A stretch of DNA of 64,000 bases from Bacteroidales bacterium (GTDB taxonomy: Bacteria > Bacteroidota > Bacteroidia > Bacteroidales > VadinHA17), in the NCBI GenBank assembly GCA_016715075.1, contig JADKBK010000006.1:95509-159508 (forward strand), read 5' to 3'. Every line of letters begins with the position of its first letter. The stretch's first letter is position 1. The notes under the pieces were generated by a model. That model was given only the letters and a program-made list of their open reading frames with translations. It did no database searches and was not told where the DNA came from. The position numbers and the translations under genes were made by a program. Below, one piece after another: positions 50,053 through 59,119 of the stretch.

Positions 50053-50664
50053 TTATTCACATCCGCCATCAAGCTTTTTCGCTGCAATACGTTTCGACTC
50101 CATGAATTTCTGCTTCAGACTGTCAGGGAGAGAGTTAATTTCGCGGAACAATTTCCTGGCCCTCAACCTGTTTTCATACAGAGCATTCTCCCTGGCTGAT
50201 ATCTTCTCACCAGAGAAACTGCTGTTCATCACGGTGGTGAACCATTCATTCAATCCGCCTTTCATTACATAGGTGTTATTGTATTTTAACCCTCTGGCTA
50301 TAGCAAGAGCATAATTTGAGTTGAGATCTCCATTGGAATAAAAGATATATTTTGTTTTCCCGCTGTTTAATATCCTGTCCGGATCATTGTCCAGAAACTG
50401 ATCGTATGGTGCATTAATCGATCCGGGGATATTGAATGCATTGAATTCTTCTTTTGATCGGACATCAATCAGCTGCACAGTATTATCCTCTGATGCAACA
50501 TAACGTGCCACCTGATCTGTTGTAAGATAACTCTGCTGATCAAGTACTTCCATCAGTACCTTATCAGGTCTGCTGTTAAATGACCGGTTTGAGGACAGAG
50601 GCAGCAGAGCGAGAATAAGGCCAAGGCTTAAAAGTATTGCTGAAAGTTTTTCTCGTGAATTCAT
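50053..50664 (-). CDS. exported rhodanese-homology protein lacking the loop Cys, with a C-terminal ..DGGCE tail
   Basis: 203 aa with a signal peptide. Contains LIDVRSKEEFNAFNIPGSINAP, the loop FYSNGDLNS, and ends AAKKLDGGCE. Confidence 0.55.
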   Translation of the reverse strand: MNSREKLSAILLSLGLILALLPLSSNRSFNSRPDKVLMEVLDQQSYLTTDQVARYVASEDNTVQLIDVRSKEEFNAFNIPGSINAPYDQFLDNDPDRILNSGKTKYIFYSNGDLNSNYALAIARGLKYNNTYVMKGGLNEWFTTVMNSSFSGEKISARENALYENRLRARKLFREINSLPDSLKQKFMESKRIAAKKLDGGCE

Positions 50665-50675
50665 TTTTCTGAATT

Positions 50676-51278
50676 TTAAAGTTCGCTGGTAATATCAGGA
50701 CGGGAAAATCTCTTTTCAGCCATTTCCCCTATCCAGAACATGACTGCTGCTGTGGCTATCAGGAGGAATATGAAAAGCCCTTTCGGTATTCCCAGAGCCT
50801 CATCTATTTTTACCGGTCCCCTGTATGAACCATTTGCAAGGTTTTGTATCAGGGGATAGGTTTCAGCAAAAAGAATTGCTCCTGTCACTCCTCCGGCAAC
50901 ATAAACTATTGCATCAATCTTACCTATTGACATTGCGCTTAGTCCTGTTCCCGGACAAAACCCTCCCATAATAAATCCGGCACCCATGATCACTCCCCCA
51001 ACTATTGAAGCATATACATAAAACTCGTTTACAAATACCTGATTAAGGTTCAGTAAACCGAAGAAGCTAAGGAACTGAGACCCTACAAGGGCTACTATGG
51101 CTGCTGTAAAAAAGACCTTTATTACAGTGGTATCATAACCGTAGAACATGCCGACCAGTTTACGGCTTGATGAAAATCCCGCCTGTTCCAGTGCGAATCC
51201 GAAGCCTGTGCCTATCAACAGGGCAATTAATATATCGAGCCACTCAGGTATTGTTACAAGTGATGAAATTGGTCCCAT
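50676..51278 (-). CDS. YeeE/YedE-family sulfur-compound transporter half-protein
   Basis: The likely start is MGPISSLV at 51278, overlapping the upstream stop (TAATG). It contains GGFCPG. The track ORF start at 51401 is an upstream extension. Confidence 0.7.
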   Translation of the reverse strand: MGPISSLVTIPEWLDILIALLIGTGFGFALEQAGFSSSRKLVGMFYGYDTTVIKVFFTAAIVALVGSQFLSFFGLLNLNQVFVNEFYVYASIVGGVIMGAGFIMGGFCPGTGLSAMSIGKIDAIVYVAGGVTGAILFAETYPLIQNLANGSYRGPVKIDEALGIPKGLFIFLLIATAAVMFWIGEMAEKRFSRPDITSEL

Positions 51279-51787
51279 TATATCCAGTTTTTTCTGAAGA
51301 AGTAAGCAAAACCATATGCTGATCCGAAAATTGCAATCATAGTCACAAATCCGGCAACTGACAGAACAGCCATTCCTGACAGGGCTGCACCGCTTGTGCA
51401 TCCTCTCGCCAGCTGGGCGCCATAAACAAAGAAGAGCCCACCTGTAAAAGCAAATACCAGACGCCTGACATTTGAAATTTTGGGAGATTTTTCAATTTTA
51501 AATTTCAACCTGTTAGAAACTGCACCTGAAATAAACCCGCCGGCAACAACCCCCAATATTTCGAATGTGAGCCAGTTATTTAAAGGCTTTTTTCCATTTT
51601 CAAAGTATTTACTGTAGTAGATTGAATCTTCTGCATGCTGCCTGTCTACTGCTCCTATAATTGCAACCGCACAGTATTTCAATCCTCCGCTGGCGCCCAG
51701 ACCTCTCCCTGAAAGAAACATAGCCAGGAGAAGAACTATCCCAAGCATTGTTCCTACTAAATATGGATTCATGTATCCTTTTTTCAT
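51278..51787 (-). CDS. YeeE/YedE-family sulfur-compound transporter half-protein
   Basis: 169 aa with GRGLGASG and LARGCTSG motifs typical of the family. Confidence 0.7.
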   Translation of the reverse strand: MKKGYMNPYLVGTMLGIVLLLAMFLSGRGLGASGGLKYCAVAIIGAVDRQHAEDSIYYSKYFENGKKPLNNWLTFEILGVVAGGFISGAVSNRLKFKIEKSPKISNVRRLVFAFTGGLFFVYGAQLARGCTSGAALSGMAVLSVAGFVTMIAIFGSAYGFAYFFRKNWI

Positions 51788-51825
51788 TTGTATGAAATTA
51801 TTTCATTAACGGGTTCCCAATAGCA

Positions 51826-51833
51826 CAAAAATA
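51826..51833 (-). promoter_or_regulatory. -7 box TATTTTTG upstream of the YeeE/rhodanese operon
   Basis: The minus strand reads acTATTTTTGtgc about 38 nt upstream of the ATG at 51787. Confidence 0.3.
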
Positions 51834-52020
51834 GTAAAACCCTGTTACCATTCAAACAAGTGCAAACGATGGAAAGTTCATCTAAAATAAATTCTTGTAG
51901 ATTATTAATATGCAATTGCATTTAAGCTGAGATCTGAAGCCGTTAATATGATTCTAAGATTAGAAGGAGGAAGGCTAAGCATCCGGAATATCACTTAATT
52001 TTAAACTCGATGAATAATTG

Positions 52021-52028
52021 TACCTTTG
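52021..52028 (+). promoter_or_regulatory. -7 box TACCTTTG upstream of truA
   Basis: Perfect TAnnTTTG match 23 nt upstream of the ATG at 52051. It lies inside the track's longer ORF start (52018), which argues for the 52051 start. Confidence 0.35.
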
Positions 52029-52050
52029 TGTAATATTTAATAAAGATAAG

Positions 52051-52827
52051 ATGAGCCGGTTCAAACTTACAGTGGAATATGATGGCACCCGTTATTCAGG
52101 ATGGCAGATGCAAAAGGGGGGCAAGACAATACAGGGAGAACTGCTGGATGCCTGCAGGGAATTATTCGGTACCGGGGAGATTGATTTATTTGGTGCCGGT
52201 CGTACCGATGGAGGAGTGCATGCCCTTGCACAGGTGGCTCATCTTGGTGTGGATACAGATCTGGAACTGCTTCGTATAAAGTATGGAATAAACGACCGGC
52301 TGCCGCCGGATATAAGCATTATAAAAGTTGAAGAGGCTCATCCAAAATTCCATGCAAGGTACGATGCCAATGCGAGGAGTTATATTTATCAGATCAGCAG
52401 AAGGAGAACTGCATTTGGTAAAAAATTTGTCTGGTGGATAAAAGATCAGCTCGATGTTGAGAAAATGAATGAAGCAGCAAAGATTTTTCCAGGGCTTAAA
52501 GATTACCGGTCATTTACTGATGATGATCAGGAACAATCTTCAACAAAAGCAGAGGTCTTGCATGCATCTGTCACTGAATTTGGTGATTTGATAATTTTTC
52601 ATGTCATCGGATCGCATTTTCTTTGGAAACAGGTCCGTCGTATGACTGGTGTCCTGGTTGAAGCGGGACGTGGCAAACTCTCCTCTGCTGACATCGGCTC
52701 ATTCTTCAGGGCTAAATCGGATATTCCTGCCAGGCTTACAGCACCGCCGAGCGGCTTGTTCCTGGAAAGAGTCTATTACAAGAACGAGGAGGTTGTTTAC
52801 AGCACAAAACCGGTTATACATATATAA
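52051..52827 (+). CDS. truA: tRNA pseudouridine(38-40) synthase
   Basis: MSRFKLTVEYDGTRYSGWQMQ.. with GAGRTDGGVHA (catalytic Asp). Confidence 0.85.
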   Translation: MSRFKLTVEYDGTRYSGWQMQKGGKTIQGELLDACRELFGTGEIDLFGAGRTDGGVHALAQVAHLGVDTDLELLRIKYGINDRLPPDISIIKVEEAHPKFHARYDANARSYIYQISRRRTAFGKKFVWWIKDQLDVEKMNEAAKIFPGLKDYRSFTDDDQEQSSTKAEVLHASVTEFGDLIIFHVIGSHFLWKQVRRMTGVLVEAGRGKLSSADIGSFFRAKSDIPARLTAPPSGLFLERVYYKNEEVVYSTKPVIHI

Positions 52828-52888
52828 TTAGATTTTTTTGCAGATAGTTTTAAAAGAAGCAGCTTTTAACATTTGAAAAAAGACAAAT

Positions 52889-53851
52889 ATGAAAAGACGT
52901 GATTTTATTAAGACATCGGCCATTGTTGGTCCAATGGCGAGCCTGTTTCCTGCAGATCTTACTGCAATAGTCAGGGAATCGCTTCCCGGAAAGGTAGAGA
53001 AAAGGTCACTTGGACTTACAGGGGAAATGTTATCTATGATCGGATTCGGCGGGATAATTGTAAAAGATGCAACACCTGCTGAGGCATCAGACGCAGTAAA
53101 ACTTGCAATTGATTCAGGTGTTAATTACTTTGATGTTGCTCCGACATATGGTGATGCTGAGATAAAGCTCGGGCCTGCGCTCGAACCTTACAGAAAGAGT
53201 GTTTTTCTTGCATGTAAAACCACAGAAAGAGGCAGAGATGGCGCTCGTAAAGAACTTGAACAATCTCTTAGGAATCTACGTACTGACCATTTTGATCTCT
53301 ATCAGTTTCATGCAGTTATAACTCCTGAAGATGTTGAAAGTATTTTTGCACCTGGCGGAGCAATGGAAACCTATCAGGAGGCAAAGAAGGAGGGCAAAAT
53401 CCGTTTTCTGGGATTTTCAGCACACTCTGTGGAAGCAGCAATGGCAATGATGGACAGATATGATTTTGATACTATCCTGTTTCCTGTAAATTATGTTACG
53501 TGGAATGCAGGTAATTTCGGTCCACAGGTGCTTGAAAAGGCACATCAGAAAAAAATGGGCATTCTGGCACTGAAATCAATGGCAAAAGCTCCGCTGCCAA
53601 AAGGTGTTGAGAATAAGGAATACCCAAAATGCTGGTACGAACCACTGGTGACACCTGAGGATATTAAAATGGGACTTAGTTTTACCCTGTCACATCCCGT
53701 AACGGCTGCCCTTACACCTGGTGATATAAGATTGTTCAAAACAGCATTAAATGTAGCTTCATCCGTTAAGCCATTAAAAGATGCTGAGATTCAGGCGATA
53801 AAGGAAAAAGGTATCGCAGGTCAGCCTTTATTTAAATATCCAAGGGCTTAA
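52889..53851 (+). CDS. aldo/keto reductase with twin-arginine signal
   Basis: 320 aa. The N-terminus MKRRDFIKTSAIVG is a Tat motif. The AKR core includes NYFDVAPTYGDAE and DLYQFH. Confidence 0.75.
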   Translation: MKRRDFIKTSAIVGPMASLFPADLTAIVRESLPGKVEKRSLGLTGEMLSMIGFGGIIVKDATPAEASDAVKLAIDSGVNYFDVAPTYGDAEIKLGPALEPYRKSVFLACKTTERGRDGARKELEQSLRNLRTDHFDLYQFHAVITPEDVESIFAPGGAMETYQEAKKEGKIRFLGFSAHSVEAAMAMMDRYDFDTILFPVNYVTWNAGNFGPQVLEKAHQKKMGILALKSMAKAPLPKGVENKEYPKCWYEPLVTPEDIKMGLSFTLSHPVTAALTPGDIRLFKTALNVASSVKPLKDAEIQAIKEKGIAGQPLFKYPRA

Positions 53852-53865
53852 AACGATAGCACAGT

Positions 53866-54282
53866 CTAATTAAAGTACTTTAACTTCAGGTTGCATTTGG
53901 TATCATACACATAAAAGCACTCTTCCTCGCACTGTGCTTTTTCATATTTGACCCTTGGAGTTGCAGAGTCAACTGCAATAAAGGTTCCTTTGCTAGTAAT
54001 ATATGTTGCAGTGATGGTATACTTCTTATTAAGTATTACTGACTGGGTGAATGTCCTGCTGTAAGCGGGATAGCTTCCAACAAGAATGCTGTCCTCCAGG
54101 TTGCCTTCCCAGATCTGTACAAGTGATTCGTAATAGTAATCGGGGTCCAGATCTGCAAATAATTCGGCATCAACCGGCTCATCGGGTTTGCAGTCGGAAC
54201 ATTCTATAATAAAAGTCTGATCCTCGCAGGAGAAAGAAAAAACTAATATTAGAAGAGTCAGGATCCTGATAAATTTTCCCAT
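53866..54282 (-). CDS. small lipoprotein, unknown function
   Basis: 138-aa ORF with the lipobox VFSFSC, 4 nt downstream of the ankyrin gene. Confidence 0.35.
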   Translation of the reverse strand: MGKFIRILTLLILVFSFSCEDQTFIIECSDCKPDEPVDAELFADLDPDYYYESLVQIWEGNLEDSILVGSYPAYSRTFTQSVILNKKYTITATYITSKGTFIAVDSATPRVKYEKAQCEEECFYVYDTKCNLKLKYFN

Positions 54283-54286
54283 GCTT

Positions 54287-55753
54287 TCAATACCATTTTA
54301 AAGGTTTTACATCTGTTCTGATCCTGTCGAAAAACAACGTATACGACATACCAACCCTTAACCATACCGGTCCTATATGGTAAAACTGTGATTTTATATA
54401 TTCCATTCCTGTCAGAATTGAGAAGTTCTTTATATTCCATTTTATTGCAACATCGGGTATCATCACAAATTCATTGGCAGGAAATAATAATGTTCCTTTC
54501 ATTGTATGTCCAAAGGAATAACCTGCTTTGAGGGAGGCAGACAATAAAATATTTGATCTGAATGGATTCTCATAGAGTGTAAAGTCTTTAAATACACCTG
54601 CATATGCAAGATATCCTTTGTCAAAGTACTGATGAAACAAATTTTCGGAGTTTTGAACCAATACCCTGGTGTACCATAATTTCATATCTGTCCCGGCAAT
54701 AATCCCTCCGTTGAGAAATGGTTCCTTAAGTGACATGCTGAAACCGGTATAGTAATCTTTCATTGTAAACCGGGAAGATATTGTCACTGATGCCTGGTCG
54801 ATCCCGTATCTAATCTTTCCCGGGACATTATGCTCCTTCAGAAGGGGTATTAATTCCTTTCTCCTGTATTTTGCTGCCACCAGATAAGGATTTACTGCAT
54901 TTCCTGAAGTGATGTTCCACTTGTCTCCAATTTTGAGAAGATAATTTACCGCTTCGGTCTGGTTTGCTGATATTGCAAGGTCGAGGGCAGTATAATTCTC
55001 TTTATTCGTGGTATAAATGTCGACACCATGTTTGTACAAAAGATCCATTATCAGTGTATCGCCATTCAGTGCGGCCATCAGAAAGGGAGTATCTCCGTCA
55101 TTGTTCCTAGTTTCCATGTTGGCTCCGTTCTGAACAAGCAGGTCTGCTACATTAGCAAACCCGGCTATAATTGAAGCAAGCAAAGGAGTAACCCCTTCAT
55201 CTGATTTTTGGTCAATGTTTGCATTATAATATAACAGCATATCTGCAATATCGAGATAGCCGTATAATGCGGCATAGTGCAGTGGTGTTGCCCCATGTCT
55301 GTCCGGCAGGTCAACATCTGCCCCTGCTCTGATCAGCTCTTCACAGATATCCGGACTATCGTTTTTTACTGATATGAGAAGAGGTGTTTGGTAATCTGAA
55401 GTTACTTTATCAATTTCAGGTTTATATTTCAGCAAAGCTTTAACAGCCTCATACCTGTTGTTGATTACTGCGTAAATCAAAGGGGTGACTCCTTCATTTG
55501 TTGTACTATTGATATCAGCGCCAATCCTAATAAGACGATCAATCTCTGAAATATATCCGCGGGAAGCTGCAATCATCAGGTTTAAGCCGGATGAGCCTTC
55601 ATAAAATGATGGAACATAATCAGATGTGTCAATCAGCTCAATCCCATAATTATAAGTTTCAATTGTATCCTGCTGAGCTGAAATAGCAGCGGAATGGCAC
55701 AAAACAAGGCCATAGATCAACATTCGCAGTATATATTTCCTGTATACCGGCAT
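54287..55753 (-). CDS. secreted ankyrin-repeat protein with C-terminal beta-barrel-like domain
   Basis: 488 aa with a signal peptide and about 7 ankyrin repeats (GxTPLxxAxxxGxxxxxxxLL pattern). The last ~190 aa have alternating beta-strand character and end ..KPLKWY. Confidence 0.65.
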   Translation of the reverse strand: MPVYRKYILRMLIYGLVLCHSAAISAQQDTIETYNYGIELIDTSDYVPSFYEGSSGLNLMIAASRGYISEIDRLIRIGADINSTTNEGVTPLIYAVINNRYEAVKALLKYKPEIDKVTSDYQTPLLISVKNDSPDICEELIRAGADVDLPDRHGATPLHYAALYGYLDIADMLLYYNANIDQKSDEGVTPLLASIIAGFANVADLLVQNGANMETRNNDGDTPFLMAALNGDTLIMDLLYKHGVDIYTTNKENYTALDLAISANQTEAVNYLLKIGDKWNITSGNAVNPYLVAAKYRRKELIPLLKEHNVPGKIRYGIDQASVTISSRFTMKDYYTGFSMSLKEPFLNGGIIAGTDMKLWYTRVLVQNSENLFHQYFDKGYLAYAGVFKDFTLYENPFRSNILLSASLKAGYSFGHTMKGTLLFPANEFVMIPDVAIKWNIKNFSILTGMEYIKSQFYHIGPVWLRVGMSYTLFFDRIRTDVKPLKWY

Positions 55754-55918
55754 ATCGCAAAGTTAATTTTTTGATTCTTTATTATTTACATATTCTTCCA
55801 CAGAATCAGGAAATTTATTAAAAAATGTTATAATTAGCATCATTATATCAAATTTTGTAAAATATATGCACTCTTAATGAAATACTTTCTATTTTTACCG
55901 GATTAAAAAATAAAATAA

Positions 55919-57232
55919 TTGACCAGGTCTGCAAAAATAATTTTGTTTATCACCTTGCTTTTATTAGTAAGTATACATCCCGGAGCTCAGGAGAACAATG
56001 TGGTGATAGCTGATAAACTTGTACCGAGCAATGTAAGGATTACGAACAATACTCCGGGAGTTCAGGATTATCCGGATGCTGAAAAGGTGATTAATTCATT
56101 TATGCATAAATGGTCAATTGCCGGAGCATCAGTTGCAGTCTCCAGGAATGGGAGGCTTATTTTTGCGAGAGGCTTTGGATATGCCGATACCATAGCCAGG
56201 ACCCCGACTCAGCCATATAATCAGTTCAGAGTTGCAAGTATATCAAAACTTATTACGGCTATTGCAGTGATGAAACTTCAGGAGGAGGGAAAACTTTCAC
56301 TTGAGGCTAAAGTTTTTGGTCAGGATGGTATTCTGAATGATCCGTATTTCTCAGGACCTAAAGATAGCCGTGTAAATGATATTACTGTAGCTCAGCTTTT
56401 AAGTCATGAGGCCGGGTGGACGCAAAGATATGGAGATCAGATGTTTATGCCAATTGTTGTTGCAGAAGCCATGAAGGTCAAGCCACCGGTGGATACAAAG
56501 ACAATTGTCAGATTTGCTTTGGATAAAAGACTTCATTACACCCCTGGCATGGGACGGGCATATTCTAATCTGGGATACAGTGTCCTTGGTCTGGTTATTG
56601 AAAAAGTCAGCGGAATGTCATATGAAAAGTATTGTAAACATTCAGTTCTGGAACCGCTGGGCATATATGATATGACTATTGCAGGGAATCTTCCAACGGA
56701 AAAAGCTCCTTTCGAGGTGACATATTATGAGCCATCTGATGTAGTTCTCAAACCTTCTATTTATGGAACCGGTGAAATGGTTACTCCAAGGTATGGCGGT
56801 AATGATATAAGAGCTCTTGGAGGTGCAGGAGCCTGGATAGCTACAGCTCCGGATCTGATGAGATTATTGCTTGCTGTCGATGGATTTCAGACACGCCCCG
56901 ACATTTTAGGCAATCAGAGCATACAGTTCATGACCGACTTAAGCAATGGCTTTGCACCAGTAGGATGGAAAGGAACTGTGATGGACGGAAACTGGTGGAG
57001 AACAGGTTCATTCCCCGGAAGTGCAGGTATGCTTAAAAGACAACCAGACGGAACAGCTTGGGTGGTGCTTCTTAATTCCAGCGCCTGGAATGGTCCTGAA
57101 ATCTATTCCTATATAAGTAATATGATGAACAAGGTAGTTGCCCGGATCGATCCTTTACCGGAATATGATCTGTTCAATAATTCAATCCCACTGCCTTTAA
57201 ATTCTGCGTTAACAGAATATACAACAAGGTAA
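55919..57232 (+). CDS. serine hydrolase, beta-lactamase/PBP4* fold
   Basis: 437 aa with a TTG start in the track, a signal peptide and the SxxK motif VASISKLITA. Confidence 0.7.
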   Translation: MTRSAKIILFITLLLLVSIHPGAQENNVVIADKLVPSNVRITNNTPGVQDYPDAEKVINSFMHKWSIAGASVAVSRNGRLIFARGFGYADTIARTPTQPYNQFRVASISKLITAIAVMKLQEEGKLSLEAKVFGQDGILNDPYFSGPKDSRVNDITVAQLLSHEAGWTQRYGDQMFMPIVVAEAMKVKPPVDTKTIVRFALDKRLHYTPGMGRAYSNLGYSVLGLVIEKVSGMSYEKYCKHSVLEPLGIYDMTIAGNLPTEKAPFEVTYYEPSDVVLKPSIYGTGEMVTPRYGGNDIRALGGAGAWIATAPDLMRLLLAVDGFQTRPDILGNQSIQFMTDLSNGFAPVGWKGTVMDGNWWRTGSFPGSAGMLKRQPDGTAWVVLLNSSAWNGPEIYSYISNMMNKVVARIDPLPEYDLFNNSIPLPLNSALTEYTTR

Positions 57233-57234
57233 TA

Positions 57235-57960
57235 ATGTGTTTCACGGTTAATGTTAATCTTATTAAAGAGGAGCTTGAAAACCGTTATGGTGCGACCTTG
57301 ATAGATCCTGATAAATACAGGCCTAGTTATTATTATCACGCATACGCACTTCCGTCAATACCGTCAGTTTGTTCCCCGGAACCCACAAAGATAAGAGTTC
57401 TGAAATGGGGCCTCATACCATCATGGACAAGGAGCCCTGAGGATGCTGACATAATACGTTATAAAACATTCAATGCCAGGTCTGAGAGTATAGATACAAA
57501 ACCCTCATTCTCCTCATCGGTAAAATCAAAACGTTGCATTATTCCGGTTAAGGGGTTCTTTGAATGGCAACATTCAGGAAAGACGAAAACCCCATTTTAT
57601 ATTTTCCATTCAAATAATGAGATTTTGTCATTAGCCGGGGTGTTCGACGATTGGGTCGACAGCAGTACAGGTGAGCTTTATCTACTTTCTCCATTATTAC
57701 AACTGATGCAAATGACCTTATGGCTGAAATTCATAACTCCGCTAAAAAGAATGCCTGTTATCCTCGATAAACAATCAGAGGAAATCTGGATAAAACAATC
57801 CTCAACCCTCTCTGATGCTCTCTCAGTTCTCAGGCCTTACCCCTCTGATCTTCTTCAGGCCCATACTGTAAGTCCGCTGATAAATGACCGGGGAGCTGAC
57901 CGCAATACACCGGAGGTTATAAAGCCATATACCTATCCTTCTGGGAATACACTCTTTTAG
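57235..57960 (+). pseudogene. SOS-response-associated peptidase (SRAP/YedK family) carrying a compensated double frameshift
   Basis: It starts MC.. (Cys2) and has WGLIPSW and FNARSE motifs. The conserved block TFSIITTDANDLMAEIHNSAK is encoded at 57684-57746 in a different frame from the open ORF, which reads LLSPLLQLMQMTLWLKFITPLK there. Confidence 0.7.
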
Positions 57961-57971
57961 GTAGCCATCAG

Positions 57972-58227
57972 GATGTCATTCAATAGTCATTTATGTCATT
58001 GCGCAGGTCATTAGTGGTCGTTAAGTGGTCATTAAGTGGTCATTAAGTGGTCATTAAGTGGTCATTAAGTGGTCATTGGTCAGGTCTAGCAGTACTTTAC
58101 AATAAATGACGGCCGCAGGCCAAATGACCATCGAATGACGGCCGCAGGCCGAATGACTATGAATGACGCGGATTTTATACACTGTAGCCTTGGCGAAGGT
58201 GTAAGGCCGGATGACCATCGAATGATG
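57972..58227. repeat. intergenic element G: GTCATT-rich left arm with 11-mer array (GGTCATTAAGT x~5) and AATGAC-rich right arm
   Basis: 11-mer array at 58016-58070. The right arm repeats AATGACGGCCGCAGGCCRAATGACYATSG twice (58105-58160) and carries the hairpin-like module AGCCTTGGCGAAGGTGTAAGGCCGG. The element lies between convergent genes. Confidence 0.75.
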
Positions 58228-58243
58228 TTGATTGCGAATATTG

Positions 58244-58999
58244 TTATTGAGCCACAAAGTGATAGGAGAGGGTTCCTGTCTGTATTTTGGGTGAATTTAT
58301 GTCGGAATTAAACCTCGAAATTCCGGCTGTTGTTACTGCCGTCTCAATAAGGCAGGGATCGGAGGTGCTGCTTTCATTCTCCAGCACCTGTACTTTTTCA
58401 ACAATACCTTTCTGATTTACCTGAATCGACATCACAACCTTACCTTCACCCTGGCATTTATATATTGGAATAGGAAGGTAAGTGTGTGTCCTTCCTGCCA
58501 GATCATAATAAATCCGGGTTGGTCCCTTGTAATTGGCTGCCATCTCCTGTGACTTATCAGGACTATCAGGTTTATAGCGGGCAGTATCTTTCTCGCCAGT
58601 TGTTATGCTTTCATCATCTTTCATAGCGGTTGCCCTTTTCTGCTCGTCGATATAATTATCCTTTCCAAGCTTTCCGCTCTTTATAAGTTCCTCCTTGACT
58701 TTGTCAATATAGTCGTCAGGATTGATCCGGGGATCTCCCTTGTTTGCGAGGTTCCTGGCTATGTTGAGCATCTCTTTATCTCCCTGAAGGATCTTTTCAA
58801 CCGTAGTAGCTGGTACCTCTATCAGCTTTGCCTTATCTTCTTGCTTTATCTCATCCTCAGGTGTAAACTCTACCTGAAATACTTCCTTTATTTCATTACG
58901 CAGCGAACTTATCTGGAACGACATGAATATTATTCCGGCAATGAGATGGATTATCACAGTTCCGAGTATCCCCACAAGTTTCCCTTCATACTTTTTCAT
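58244..58999 (-). CDS. TonB C-terminal-domain protein (membrane-anchored)
   Basis: 251 aa with an N-terminal TM segment, a charged linker, and a C-terminal GEGKVVMSIQVNQKGIV..V pattern. Confidence 0.5.
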   Translation of the reverse strand: MKKYEGKLVGILGTVIIHLIAGIIFMSFQISSLRNEIKEVFQVEFTPEDEIKQEDKAKLIEVPATTVEKILQGDKEMLNIARNLANKGDPRINPDDYIDKVKEELIKSGKLGKDNYIDEQKRATAMKDDESITTGEKDTARYKPDSPDKSQEMAANYKGPTRIYYDLAGRTHTYLPIPIYKCQGEGKVVMSIQVNQKGIVEKVQVLENESSTSDPCLIETAVTTAGISRFNSDINSPKIQTGTLSYHFVAQ

Positions 59000-59119
59000 G
59001 AATGCGAAATTATAAATTATTACTTTTGTATACCTATCTGATCACTCTAATAATTTATTGTAACTCCAGTTTTTGCCTGTCAGATAATCAGGAAAGATTT
59101 ATTAAAACATAGAAATGAA

